The notes beneath the pieces are model-generated. The model was not told the DNA's origin, ran no database searches, and was given only the letters and a program-made list of their open reading frames with translations. Below, in pieces: positions 20,801 to 28,742 of a DNA stretch of 56,134 nt. A program made the position numbers and the translations under genes. Source of the stretch: Methanobacteriota archaeon (lineage in GTDB: Archaea; Thermoplasmatota; Thermoplasmata; SG8-5; DAIRED01). The first letter of the stretch is position 1, and each line of letters opens with the position of its first letter. The DNA lies in the NCBI GenBank assembly GCA_043799545.1, contig JAZDNO010000022.1, positions 1 to 56,134 on the forward strand, in the 5' to 3' direction.

Positions 20801-20874
20801 ATTGAAAACAAAGTAGCTATTAACGAGAAAGTTATTGTAACACATACACATCGCCTTAGAAACTTATTAGGCAT
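17863..20874 (-). CDS. S8 subtilase (thermitase-like) with FN3 and repeated Ig-like modules; N-terminal part of a frameshifted giant gene
   Basis: Signal peptide; triad VAIMDSGID / HGTYCAG / GTSAAAP; oxyanion-hole ASGN. Ends abruptly at ...VVGTKQ* in the middle of a repeat. Confidence 0.92.
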   Translation of the reverse strand: MPNKFLRRCVCVTITFSLIATLFSINGFAKLKTDEIFPVYYRTIQTDLNGENQSTNLTRSTTIANSESWNLTGLVLVKFYTMPENINLLANALNTTIFDIWNDSCIIIFKVCNSTLNQHDKYIKLNIFIDKITKHASVELVESDRMVVLDYHFIPNDPRYSTDQWGLKRINVPEAWDKTRGNEQVVVAIMDSGIDYTHEDLTSNMWNNPGEKVLDTNGENKSTNNIDDDNNGYVDDYYGFDFIDSSTRVNPITGNNEQYEYTGINGPMDEYVGEYHGTYCAGIVGARINNNIGISGVANCKLMAIRLGGGGSGTNGLDMPPAVSSVALWQSLRYVKDNANIISMSFGWYDISPTFNSLLVDAWNNGCLVIAASGNNEDGGIGLTNNGKSYVPASYDSVIAVGATTTADMRATPTDWIEGCGSNYGPRLDVMAPGTSIVGTIANNNYIPYSGTSAAAPLVAGVAALIWSYRPSLTNAEVRAIINVTATDLIYASGQEIAIDGWDRYTGYGQVNAQSCLNFIDSYNPGEVILNPPNVRATSSVKVTWTKYNNNANDFVYYRIWGEGRDTYGNPYILPQSGTIISDINTKTFTFNQDIYPNHKYKIWIEVASSNWGVSSSNVIWSRAIPLDAVSPINPTSYSSDRSINTWSNDNTILISWSGASDADSGVYGYSIEWSTNPSTIPDATSDTGGTSTTSNALSDGTNWYLHIRTRDNAGNWNPGAYHVGPFKIDTVAPTNPTSYTSNPPVNAWSSDNTIDVSWSGASDAGGSGVAGYSTQWSTSATTIPDTTVDIASTVTSTTSPAQADGNNIYFHIRTKDNAGNWNGNAYHIGPFWIDTIPLSCSIIINNYNEYTATTSVSLSLTYKSTGAGVWLARYSNDGTWDTELWENPSLTKAWILTAGSGTKIVYYQVLDYNGYVATSSDTIVLDMTPPTASAYINDGAEYTPSQSVTLTLSASDSGIGLWAFRYCSDGIGWSDWVNFYNYPSGQIIIKNWILSPVVGTKQ
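17929..18985 (-). repeat. Intragenic protein-level repeats: two ~105-aa and two ~95-aa modules
   Basis: D..P.NPTSY.S....N.WS.DNTI..SWSGASDA..SG..GYS..WST...TIPD...HIRT.DNAGNWN..AYH.GPF.IDT occurs twice, followed by S..IN....YT....V.L.L....G......YS.DG..W modules. Boundaries are approximate. Confidence 0.7.
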
Positions 20875-22639
20875 TTTTTCTCCTCCTTATTTTATAGAGT
20901 ATAATTATTAAAGGAGATAAACACAACAACGTAAATATGAATCCCCACCAGAGAATGATATTATTGCCAAACCATCCATAACCATCAATCTCTGATTGAA
21001 CAACAGTTATATCTGAATCGATATAGAAACCATTTGTATAGTATGTTCTAACCTTGAAATATTTTACATCAGTGACTGATAAATTTGTTATACTAAAGGT
21101 CGTTTGGTTTTTATCCAATATTGTAAATATTGTGTTCTTGTTAAACTGATTATCAAGTGAGAAGTAGATTTCATATTTTAGAAAATCTGGAGCAGTACTT
21201 CCTGACCAAGAGATGTTATATGCCGGTAAGGGTATTGTACTAAAAGACACATCGACCGAAGCAGCAATTGGGAGTTGAAAAAATGAAACGAAGATGCTAC
21301 TTGTACTATTATTTCGATAATCATCCCACGCGACATATAAAATATTTGAGAATTGATCTAATCCAATCGAAGAATACCCATTCGACCCATACCAGATATC
21401 ATTTGTCGGCGCATCATTCACGCGATTGTCGCCATTCCAATTATAACCACGATCTGGTGAATAGGATAAATAAATGGAATCGCCATTCCAAGAATCATCT
21501 CTTCCGGACCATGTTATAAGCGGATTCCCATTTCTGTCAACTGCGAGCCTGACTTGAGCTGTATCCCCATAAAGACGAGTAGCTTTTTCCATCAGGTCAG
21601 TTTCTATTTGGACATTTGAGCTAGACTTGGTAGTATCTTCTGAAGGTCGCCATGGACAAGAATAATTTTTATTAATTAGCTTTGGTGCCGTCCATGTAGT
21701 ACTATGATCATCTGACATTGAAAGAAAAATACCATCCTTTCTTGTTTCATTAATCGGCACACCGTCTCCTTCCCATGCAACAAAAATACGATTTCCCCAA
21801 CAGGCTATAGCCGGAGTATAGACATTACCGCCTCCAGTATAATTAGGTCCATATACTTCTACACTTTTAGTCCAATGCTCACCGTTGTCAATAGATTTGT
21901 GTATAATTATATGTGCAAAATTATATGAATAAGTTATATAAAGTACTCCTGAATCAGATAAGACCATTGATGGATATTTACCGAAATCATACGGTAAGGA
22001 TGCATTTTTATCATTGATAATCTTTTCCACCCAAGAGGTCCCTCCATTATTTGATCTCGAAAAAATTACATTCGTACGAGGAATCTGAGGGTCGCTCCAG
22101 TTAAAGCTCAGCCATACAGCAAATATCGTGTTTGTATTAGCACATACTATCGTCGGTTCGGTTTGTGCTTCGCCCCCATTACTGTTGATAATCACTGGGG
22201 TACTCCAAGTATCTCCTTCATCTGTACTCTTTACCAGGCAGATATCTGGATTTCCTAATTTATCGGTAGTCCAAGCTACATATACGGTATTATCAGTTAC
22301 ATATATCGTTGTACGCTGAGACGTATTGTACGAACATCCCATATCCCCGTTGATTTTTACACTCGTGCCGAACGTTAACCCATTGTCCGTTGATTTTGAA
22401 TAATAAATGTCACATGAATTAATTTGGCTTCTTGAATCGTACCAGGTCGCATGGACAACACCGTTTTTCCCAACAGCTAGAGCCGGGTGATTCTGGTTTG
22501 AAGTAATGGCTGTTTCGTTAGATAAAAGTAAATTATCACTAAATGGTATATCCGCATGAACTAATGGTAGAATTGTTGTTAAAAGAGCAAATGTTACAAT
22601 GAGGGTAATACGACATCTGTTGAATTTTATTAAATACAT
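20867..22639 (-). CDS. BNR/Asp-box (sialidase-like) beta-propeller surface protein with FN3 and C-terminal TM
   Basis: Six Asp-boxes (SKSTDNGLTF, KSTDEGDTW, SRSNNGGTSW, KSIDNGEHW, SMSDDHSTTW, SYSPDRGYNW). Overlaps the subtilase gene by 8 nt; very AT-rich. Confidence 0.85.
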   Translation of the reverse strand: MYLIKFNRCRITLIVTFALLTTILPLVHADIPFSDNLLLSNETAITSNQNHPALAVGKNGVVHATWYDSRSQINSCDIYYSKSTDNGLTFGTSVKINGDMGCSYNTSQRTTIYVTDNTVYVAWTTDKLGNPDICLVKSTDEGDTWSTPVIINSNGGEAQTEPTIVCANTNTIFAVWLSFNWSDPQIPRTNVIFSRSNNGGTSWVEKIINDKNASLPYDFGKYPSMVLSDSGVLYITYSYNFAHIIIHKSIDNGEHWTKSVEVYGPNYTGGGNVYTPAIACWGNRIFVAWEGDGVPINETRKDGIFLSMSDDHSTTWTAPKLINKNYSCPWRPSEDTTKSSSNVQIETDLMEKATRLYGDTAQVRLAVDRNGNPLITWSGRDDSWNGDSIYLSYSPDRGYNWNGDNRVNDAPTNDIWYGSNGYSSIGLDQFSNILYVAWDDYRNNSTSSIFVSFFQLPIAASVDVSFSTIPLPAYNISWSGSTAPDFLKYEIYFSLDNQFNKNTIFTILDKNQTTFSITNLSVTDVKYFKVRTYYTNGFYIDSDITVVQSEIDGYGWFGNNIILWWGFIFTLLCLSPLIIILYKIRRRKNA

Positions 22640-22946
22640 TTTTTCCCTCCAGTATATATATAATTTATATTAACTTTCATATATAACGGTATGTCTCGCC
22701 AAACAGCCCACCGTAAACGCTTCTTCGAAATGAGACCACAATCTATGACGAAAACGCGCCACCCCAAGTGACAAACCAAATTCACCTACCTCACATGCTT
22801 AGGATGGAATCAGTACCTTAAATAGATGCCGGTTTCGCCTCGAACATCCGGCTCGTTATTCTCGCCATGCCTACCGGCCACGCAGGCACTCACGTTTATT
22901 TCACAAAATAGAAAGGGAATAAAGGATTTACTGTTGATGCGTCGTC

Positions 22947-23132
22947 TCACTTCTTCTTGCTGTACCATATCGCCGCGGCCAGCCCGCCGACCATCGCCGC
23001 GATGCCCACCACGACCATGGCCTTGGTTATCAACATCGTCGGGTCGTCCATGTCCGCGTACGCCGTCCCGTCTGTCAGGCTGTACTTGACAACGACCGGC
23101 ACCATCAGCACCGCGATGAGGTTGATGACCTT
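22947..23132 (-). pseudogene. hppA: 3' remnant of a membrane-bound ion-translocating pyrophosphatase
   Basis: Hand translation: KVINLIAVLMVPVVVKYSLTDG...AMVVVGIAAMVGGLAAAIWYSKKK*, resembling the last two TM helices of H+-PPases. No upstream start and an in-frame TAG shortly before. Confidence 0.55.
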
Positions 23133-23190
23133 CCCTATCGAATTGGGACATTTGCGCAGGTTTAACTATCCCCACAGGCATCGCCGAGCG

Positions 23191-24303
23191 ATGTCGAATA
23201 AGCTCCGAAACGGCTCGCTGGTGTCCGGCGAACTGCCGAAAGGGTGCGCACTCTGCGCGCGCGGGTCGAAGCTCGTACTGCTGGTCACTGGCCTCTGCCC
23301 GGCCTCGTGCTACTACTGCCCGCTCTCGGACGCGAAATCCGACAGGGACGTGGCGTTCGCTGACGAGATGCCTGTGAGGCGATGGTCGGACATTCTCCGG
23401 GAGGCCGAGGCGATTGGCGCGGAGGGGGCCGGCATCACCGGGGGCGACCCGCTCGTCGTCATGCGCAGGACCTCCCGATACGTCAGCGCTCTCAAGCGCA
23501 AATTCGGCCAGGATTTCCACATCCACCTCTACACCGCCGACACGGATGCGGGCAAGGTCAGGGCGCTGGTCCGCGCCGGCCTGGACGAAATCAGGTTCCA
23601 CCCGCCAGTCGGCGCCTGGAATAAGTTCGGCAGGAGCGGATACCCCGCGGCGATAAAGACGGCTGCGAAAGATGGCGCAGTCGTGGGGGTGGAAGTCCCG
23701 GCGATACCTGGCTCGCCGCTCGCTGAGCTTCTCGAAGCGCTGGAAAGCACCGAAATCGATTTCGCCAACCTCAACGAATTGGAGTTCTCCGAGACCAACT
23801 GGCGCGAGCTGAAGGCGCACGGCTTCGCCGTCAAGGACGACGTCCACAGCGGGGTGCTGGGCTCGGAGGAATCGGCGGCTGGGCTGGTGCGGAAATGGAA
23901 GGGACCGTTCGCGCTCCACTACTGCTCGGCGTCGTTCAAGGACGGCGTCCAGCTGAGGAACAGATTGCTCAGGAGGGCGGAGCGCACCGCGCGCCCGAGC
24001 GATTTGCAGACGGGCGAGGGGACGTTGCTGAAAGGCGTTGTGGAGACAAGGACGCCATCTAAAACGAGAACGACGCTGGCGAGGCGCTTCCAGATACCCC
24101 CCGAGCTGATTCGGGTCGACCGCCACAAACGCACAGTGGAGGTCGCTCCGTGGATTCTCGAAGAGATTGCGGGAGAGCTGGACTTGCCGTGCTACATCGT
24201 CGAGGAGTACCCGACGGCGGACAGGCTGGAGGTCGAGAGGAGGCCTCTCAACAAGGCGAAACCGGGCCGGCGGAGGAACCCTCGGAGGCGGGAGCTTGAC
24301 TGA
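23191..24303 (+). CDS. Radical SAM protein (archaeal COG2108-like)
   Basis: LPKGCALCARGSKLVLLVTGLCPASCYYCPLS, ITGGDP, LDEIRFHP, NLNELEFSETN. Start reassigned to MSNKLRNG. Confidence 0.9.
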   Translation: MSNKLRNGSLVSGELPKGCALCARGSKLVLLVTGLCPASCYYCPLSDAKSDRDVAFADEMPVRRWSDILREAEAIGAEGAGITGGDPLVVMRRTSRYVSALKRKFGQDFHIHLYTADTDAGKVRALVRAGLDEIRFHPPVGAWNKFGRSGYPAAIKTAAKDGAVVGVEVPAIPGSPLAELLEALESTEIDFANLNELEFSETNWRELKAHGFAVKDDVHSGVLGSEESAAGLVRKWKGPFALHYCSASFKDGVQLRNRLLRRAERTARPSDLQTGEGTLLKGVVETRTPSKTRTTLARRFQIPPELIRVDRHKRTVEVAPWILEEIAGELDLPCYIVEEYPTADRLEVERRPLNKAKPGRRRNPRRRELD

Positions 24304-24304
24304 G

Positions 24305-24883
24305 ATGAAGCCGGCCCTCGCGAAGTTCGGGCCCTACCTGGCAATCCTCGGAAGTGTCTCCTTCTCCATCCTCTGGCCGCTCGCCGCGCTCATCACCGGC
24401 GACTGGGTGCTGGGCCGGGACACTCTTTCCGAGCTGGGGGGCAAAGACAACGCGGCGGCACCGGTGTTCAGCGCGGGCTGCGCGCTGGCCGGCGCCTGCC
24501 TGCTCGCCTTCGCGCTCTCCCTCCGCCACGAGGTCATCGCCGCAAAGAGGGCTACGCCCATCATCGGCTTCGCCGCAATCGGGCTCGTGATGGTCGGAGT
24601 CTGGAACATCACGATGAGCCCTTTCCACATGATAGCCACGGTCTGGTTCTTCGCGTCCGTCGCGATCGGCCTGTCGGTGCTGGCTTACGACTTCCTGCGG
24701 GCGAAGGTCATGCGGGCGAGCGCGGTCGCGGCGGTCGTCGGGATTGCGGCGACGTTCGTTTCCGCCGCGGTGGCGACTGTGCCGTTCACGGAGGCGGTGG
24801 CTGTTGGCGCGGTGATAGTCTGGGGGGCTGTCGCTGGAACGGAGTTGCTGATTCTCTTAGAAACGGGCCATCAAGGAGGATAA
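24305..24883 (+). CDS. DUF998-like multi-pass membrane protein
   Basis: Hydrophobic helices; TLSELGG, FHMIATVWFF. ATG lies 1 nt after the radical SAM stop. Confidence 0.75.
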   Translation: MKPALAKFGPYLAILGSVSFSILWPLAALITGDWVLGRDTLSELGGKDNAAAPVFSAGCALAGACLLAFALSLRHEVIAAKRATPIIGFAAIGLVMVGVWNITMSPFHMIATVWFFASVAIGLSVLAYDFLRAKVMRASAVAAVVGIAATFVSAAVATVPFTEAVAVGAVIVWGAVAGTELLILLETGHQGG

Positions 24884-24965
24884 ACAGGCTCCCGGACTCA
24901 CCACCACATTCAACGGGGGAAAAGTACATTATCTCCGAGCCCCATCCTAAGCGCGGTGGCCTCAG

Positions 24966-25235
24966 ATGGACAAAATAGAGGTCTTCTTGCGTGTGGCGTT
25001 GATGGGGTTCTCGCTTCTGCTCTTCGCGGTGAGCGCAATCTCGTACTCCAGGGTGAAGAACAACAGGCTGCTCTTCATTTCGCTGGCCTTCGCGGCGTTC
25101 TTCGTGAAGGGACTCGTCCTGAGCCTGGCGATTTTCGCAGAGAATGTCGATAAGACATTCTCGGCGAGTGTGCAGGTCATAGCCCTGGACTTCCTGATAC
25201 TGGCCCTCATCTACCTGGGGATAGCGAAGCGGTGA
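24966..25235 (+). CDS. Small three-TM membrane protein preceding a wHTH regulator
   Basis: 89 aa, three hydrophobic segments, SYSRVKNNRLLFISLAFAAFFVKG. Confidence 0.75.
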   Translation: MDKIEVFLRVALMGFSLLLFAVSAISYSRVKNNRLLFISLAFAAFFVKGLVLSLAIFAENVDKTFSASVQVIALDFLILALIYLGIAKR

Positions 25236-25248
25236 CGCGGGGGAAAGG

Positions 25249-25770
25249 ATGGGTGAAGAGGCGCTCGAGCTGGAGAACAGGCGGAGGATTTACCGCCTCG
25301 TTTCCAAGTTTCCCGGAATACATTTGAGGGACATCCAGAAGCGCCTCGAACTATCGATGGGCGTTCTCGAGTACCACCTCAACTACATGGAGAAGGAGCA
25401 GATTCTCTCCGCCGAGTCAGACGGGTACAGGAAGAGCTACTTCGTCCGCGCGGACATACAGCATGGCGACAAGGCGACGCTGGCGCTGCTGCGGCAGGAA
25501 GCGCCGAGGCGCATCGTCATGCTTATCCTCCTGAAGGAAAAGGCGACGTTCAAGGACATACTTGACGAGACAAAGACTTCCAAATCGACCCTCTCGTTCC
25601 ACATGAAGAAGCTGACTGAATCAGGCCTTGTCACCTCCGAGCGCATCGGAAGGGAGCTGGCCTATGTCGTCAAGGACCCGGATGCGACCGCCAAGCTCAT
25701 CGTCACTTACAAAGAGAGCTTCCTCGACAGCGTGGTGGACAGGTTCGTAGATGCGTGGCTGGAGATATGA
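25249..25770 (+). CDS. Double winged-helix transcriptional regulator (ArsR-like, COG3398-type)
   Basis: RRRIYRLVSKFPGIHLRDIQKRLELSMGVLEYHL and a second HTH TFKDILDETKTSKSTLSFHMKKL. Confidence 0.85.
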   Translation: MGEEALELENRRRIYRLVSKFPGIHLRDIQKRLELSMGVLEYHLNYMEKEQILSAESDGYRKSYFVRADIQHGDKATLALLRQEAPRRIVMLILLKEKATFKDILDETKTSKSTLSFHMKKLTESGLVTSERIGRELAYVVKDPDATAKLIVTYKESFLDSVVDRFVDAWLEI

Positions 25771-25809
25771 TTAACGCGACGCTTCGACCGCACATGGCCC
25801 GAGATACCT

Positions 25810-26289
25810 TTACTTCTTGAACAGGTGCTCGTAATCGCCGTCGTACAGGTTGCGCTGGAACTCGCGCGGGTCCTTTCCCTCGATGGTCACGCCCATCGAG
25901 ACGCATGTGCCGCTGACCTCGACCATCCGCTCGCGGAGCGTCTTGCCAAGGAGCGAGTCCTTCTTCATCTCCGATATCTTCTGTATCTGGGCGACCTTGA
26001 GGTTTCCGACCTTGCTAGTCGACGTCGCACCGGAGCCCTTCTCAATTTTAAGCTCCTTGATTATGAGAGCGCTCGTCGGCGGCGTACCCACCGTTATCTC
26101 GTGCTTCTTCGTCTTGGAGTCTATGACGAGCTTGACTGGAACCTTCATCCCGTCGAACGCCTTCGTCTTCTCGTTAATCTCCTTGACAATCAGGACCACG
26201 TTCACGCCCAGAGGGCCCAGCGCCGGTCCGATCGGCGGACCCGCCGTCGCCTTCCCCCCGTCCACCAGCAATTCCAGAGTTTCCGCCAT
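25810..26289 (-). CDS. rpl11: 50S ribosomal protein L11
   Basis: GGKATAGPPIGPALGPLGVN, PPTSALI, GTCVSMGVTIEG. Confidence 0.98.
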   Translation of the reverse strand: MAETLELLVDGGKATAGPPIGPALGPLGVNVVLIVKEINEKTKAFDGMKVPVKLVIDSKTKKHEITVGTPPTSALIIKELKIEKGSGATSTSKVGNLKVAQIQKISEMKKDSLLGKTLRERMVEVSGTCVSMGVTIEGKDPREFQRNLYDGDYEHLFKK

Positions 26290-26293
26290 GGTA

Positions 26294-27256
26294 TCACTTA
26301 TCCTTCTCCAACAGCCTCACGCTGTCCCCCCGGACCGTCACCGGCATCGGGACCAGCGCCTCGAACAGTTCGACAGTTATCTCTTCCTTGGTCTCGTCAA
26401 TCTTGCGCACCCTGGCCTTCTCGCCCTTGAACGGCCCCGAGACTAGCTCGATTATGTCGCCCTCGACGATTCCTGTTATTACGGGCTTCGGTGCGAGGTA
26501 TGTGGCTATGTCCGCCAGAGTGGCCTCGCCCTTGACCAGGCCGTGCGCCTTGCGAACGCTTTTTATCGCCTCGACCAGGCGGTCTGTGTTCATGGCCTCT
26601 ATGACCAGATATCCGCGCAGGTTGTGCGGGTTCATAATCGTGAGAACTCCGACTGGCAGGCCCCTCGTGCAGAGCGATTCCGCGACCGTCCGCTCCTGGC
26701 CTATCTGAGTCTTGACGAAGAGAATCGACTGTTTCGCAGTCGTCTTGAGCGTGACTGTGTCGGAATGGGCGGGGTCCGACACGGATGCCGCGGTCATGAC
26801 GAGCCTTACTGTGTCGGCGTAGCTGGCCCCCCTCGGGGCGGTGACGTTGACCGAGAGCTTCCTGCTCTTGCCGACCTCCAGGCCGTAATCCCTGGACATC
26901 TGCTTCGTGTGCGTGACTTCCCACGAGCCTTTTGTCTCGCCGTCCGCAATCTCTATCGTCCACTCGGCGGCGCCCCCCTCGGGGGTGTATATGATGTTGA
27001 GGCTGAGCCGGATGTCGTCCTTCCTGTTCCCGCGGTTCTCGAGCACGACATCGTAGCTGGTCGTGACCCCGGTGGTTATCGCTCGCTCGGTCTCAAGGCA
27101 CGACAGCTTCGGGCCCCAGAGCGCAGGCTCCGGCTTCGGAGCCTCGGCAGCAGAGCCTTCAGGCGCCACGGCTGCGGGCGCCAGCGGAGCGGCCGGCTTG
27201 GGGGCTTCCTTCTTTTCCTGAATTCCGTCCAGCAGGGATATCTCGTCTTGTGTCAT
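26294..27256 (-). CDS. spt5: Transcription elongation factor Spt5/NusG with a 175-aa N-terminal extension
   Basis: NGN domain (VKTQIGQE..LRGYLVIEA) and KOW (GDIIELVSGPFKGEKARV); canonical position between secE and rpl11. Confidence 0.93.
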   Translation of the reverse strand: MTQDEISLLDGIQEKKEAPKPAAPLAPAAVAPEGSAAEAPKPEPALWGPKLSCLETERAITTGVTTSYDVVLENRGNRKDDIRLSLNIIYTPEGGAAEWTIEIADGETKGSWEVTHTKQMSRDYGLEVGKSRKLSVNVTAPRGASYADTVRLVMTAASVSDPAHSDTVTLKTTAKQSILFVKTQIGQERTVAESLCTRGLPVGVLTIMNPHNLRGYLVIEAMNTDRLVEAIKSVRKAHGLVKGEATLADIATYLAPKPVITGIVEGDIIELVSGPFKGEKARVRKIDETKEEITVELFEALVPMPVTVRGDSVRLLEKDK

Positions 27257-27262
27257 TTCAAA

Positions 27263-27499
27263 TCAACCGAAAACCTTTGTCAGCCATCCTGGCACTTGCG
27301 TGAACATGAGGTAGACAGTGAAGCCCAGCGCGCCTATCAGTATCAGCCCGATGCTGGTTATCTGGAGAACCTTGACGTATTCGTCGTTCGTCGGCTTGCG
27401 GGCCATCTTCAGGACCCTTCCGTACTCTCCCTTGCCTATGTGCTTTACGCGGCTCTCGATTTTCTTCTGTAGTTCCAGCGAATTGTTGACTATGTCCAT
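27263..27499 (-). CDS. secE: Preprotein translocase SecE/Sec61-gamma
   Basis: YGRVLKMARKPTNDEY followed by a TM helix; conserved synteny. Confidence 0.93.
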   Translation of the reverse strand: MDIVNNSLELQKKIESRVKHIGKGEYGRVLKMARKPTNDEYVKVLQITSIGLILIGALGFTVYLMFTQVPGWLTKVFG

Positions 27500-27514
27500 G
27501 AATATCAGCCGCCC

Positions 27515-28624
27515 TCAGCGTATAAGGTCCATCCCCATTTCCTTGCCCTTGCGGGCGTCTTCCTTTCCGAATATCTGCTTCGATTTGACGCCAGTGATGA
27601 CGACCATGACCTTCATCTTGCCTTCCAGCTCCGGCTCGACCGCGGCGCCCCATATGATGCGCGCGTTCGGGCTTATCCGGTTCTGTATGAGCTCGGCGGC
27701 CCTCTCGGCCTCCGAAACTGACATGTCCGGGCCGCCGTGCACGTTGATGAGCGCACCTGTCGCGCCGCTGATGTCCACCTCGATGAGCGGCGAGTTGATG
27801 GCCTCGTTGACCGCATCCTCAGCGCGGTTCTCGTTCTCGCCCTCGCCGAGGCCGATGATTGCGACGCCTCCGCCCTTCATTATGGTCTTCAGGTCGTTGA
27901 AGTCCAGGTTAACGAGCCCGGGCTTCGTGATGACCTCCGTGAGGCCTTTGATGGACCTTACGAGGACTTCGTCCGCGAGCTTGAATGCGCTCTCGATGGA
28001 AAGCCTAGGAGCTATCTCCAGGAGCTTGTCGTTCGGGATGACGATGACCGTGTCCGCGACCGCCCGCAGCCTCTCTAGGCCATATTGGGCGTTCTCCATC
28101 CGGACAGTGCCCTCGGCCCTGAACGGTGAGGTGCATATCGCGATTGTTAAAGCTCCCGACTCTTTGGCCATCTGCGCCACCACCGGTGCGGAGCCCGTTC
28201 CTGTTCCGCCGCCTAGGCCGCATGTGATGAAGACTATGTCCGCGCCCTGCGTGAGCGCCTTTAACTCGTCCTCCGCCTCCCTCGCGGCCTGCTCTCCGAC
28301 TTGGGGCAACGCTCCCGCCCCCAGACCCCTGGTCGACCTTCGGCCGAGCAGAAGCTTGTGAGGAGAATGTATCTTGAGAAGGTGCTGCGCGTCGGTGTTG
28401 CACGCGTAGAGCTCGGCGCCCATTATGCCAGCTCCTACGAGGCGGTCGATGGTGTTGCAGCCGCCTCCGCCGCATCCCACAATCTTTATGTTGGTCTTCA
28501 AGCCCGCCAGCACGCGCTCAAGCTCCTCGTCGTCGGAGTTGACGTTGCCTGGCTGCCTGACCATCTGCGGTGGGGCGGTCTCGTGTAGAGAGCGCGACAA
28601 CACTTCCTTGACAATCGAACTCAT
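27515..28624 (-). CDS. ftsZ: Cell division protein FtsZ (copy adjacent to secE)
   Basis: GCGGGGCN, NTDAQHL, CGLGGGTGTG, T7 loop NLDFND. Confidence 0.97.
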   Translation of the reverse strand: MSSIVKEVLSRSLHETAPPQMVRQPGNVNSDDEELERVLAGLKTNIKIVGCGGGGCNTIDRLVGAGIMGAELYACNTDAQHLLKIHSPHKLLLGRRSTRGLGAGALPQVGEQAAREAEDELKALTQGADIVFITCGLGGGTGTGSAPVVAQMAKESGALTIAICTSPFRAEGTVRMENAQYGLERLRAVADTVIVIPNDKLLEIAPRLSIESAFKLADEVLVRSIKGLTEVITKPGLVNLDFNDLKTIMKGGGVAIIGLGEGENENRAEDAVNEAINSPLIEVDISGATGALINVHGGPDMSVSEAERAAELIQNRISPNARIIWGAAVEPELEGKMKVMVVITGVKSKQIFGKEDARKGKEMGMDLIR

Positions 28625-28636
28625 TCAATCACCTTA

Positions 28637-28679
28637 CGGTTCGGAATGACGCTCAGAGGATTACAAACTGAGGCATTCC
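28637..28679. promoter_or_regulatory. Upstream motif and imperfect inverted repeat in the ftsZ leader
   Basis: CGGTTCGGAATGACGC (28637-28652); GGAATG/CATTCC and CTCAG/CTGAG arms. Confidence 0.4.
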
Positions 28680-28742
28680 ATTCACCTTAACATCACTTTT
28701 ATTATTTAAGGTTTGGGTAAGTGCACCGCAGCGTTCCAGGCT

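Noticed and set aside
23133-23175. Pyrrolysine read-through extending the hppA remnant
   Set aside because: The sequence upstream of KVINL does not resemble hppA and runs into the radical SAM promoter; no pyl genes are in the window.
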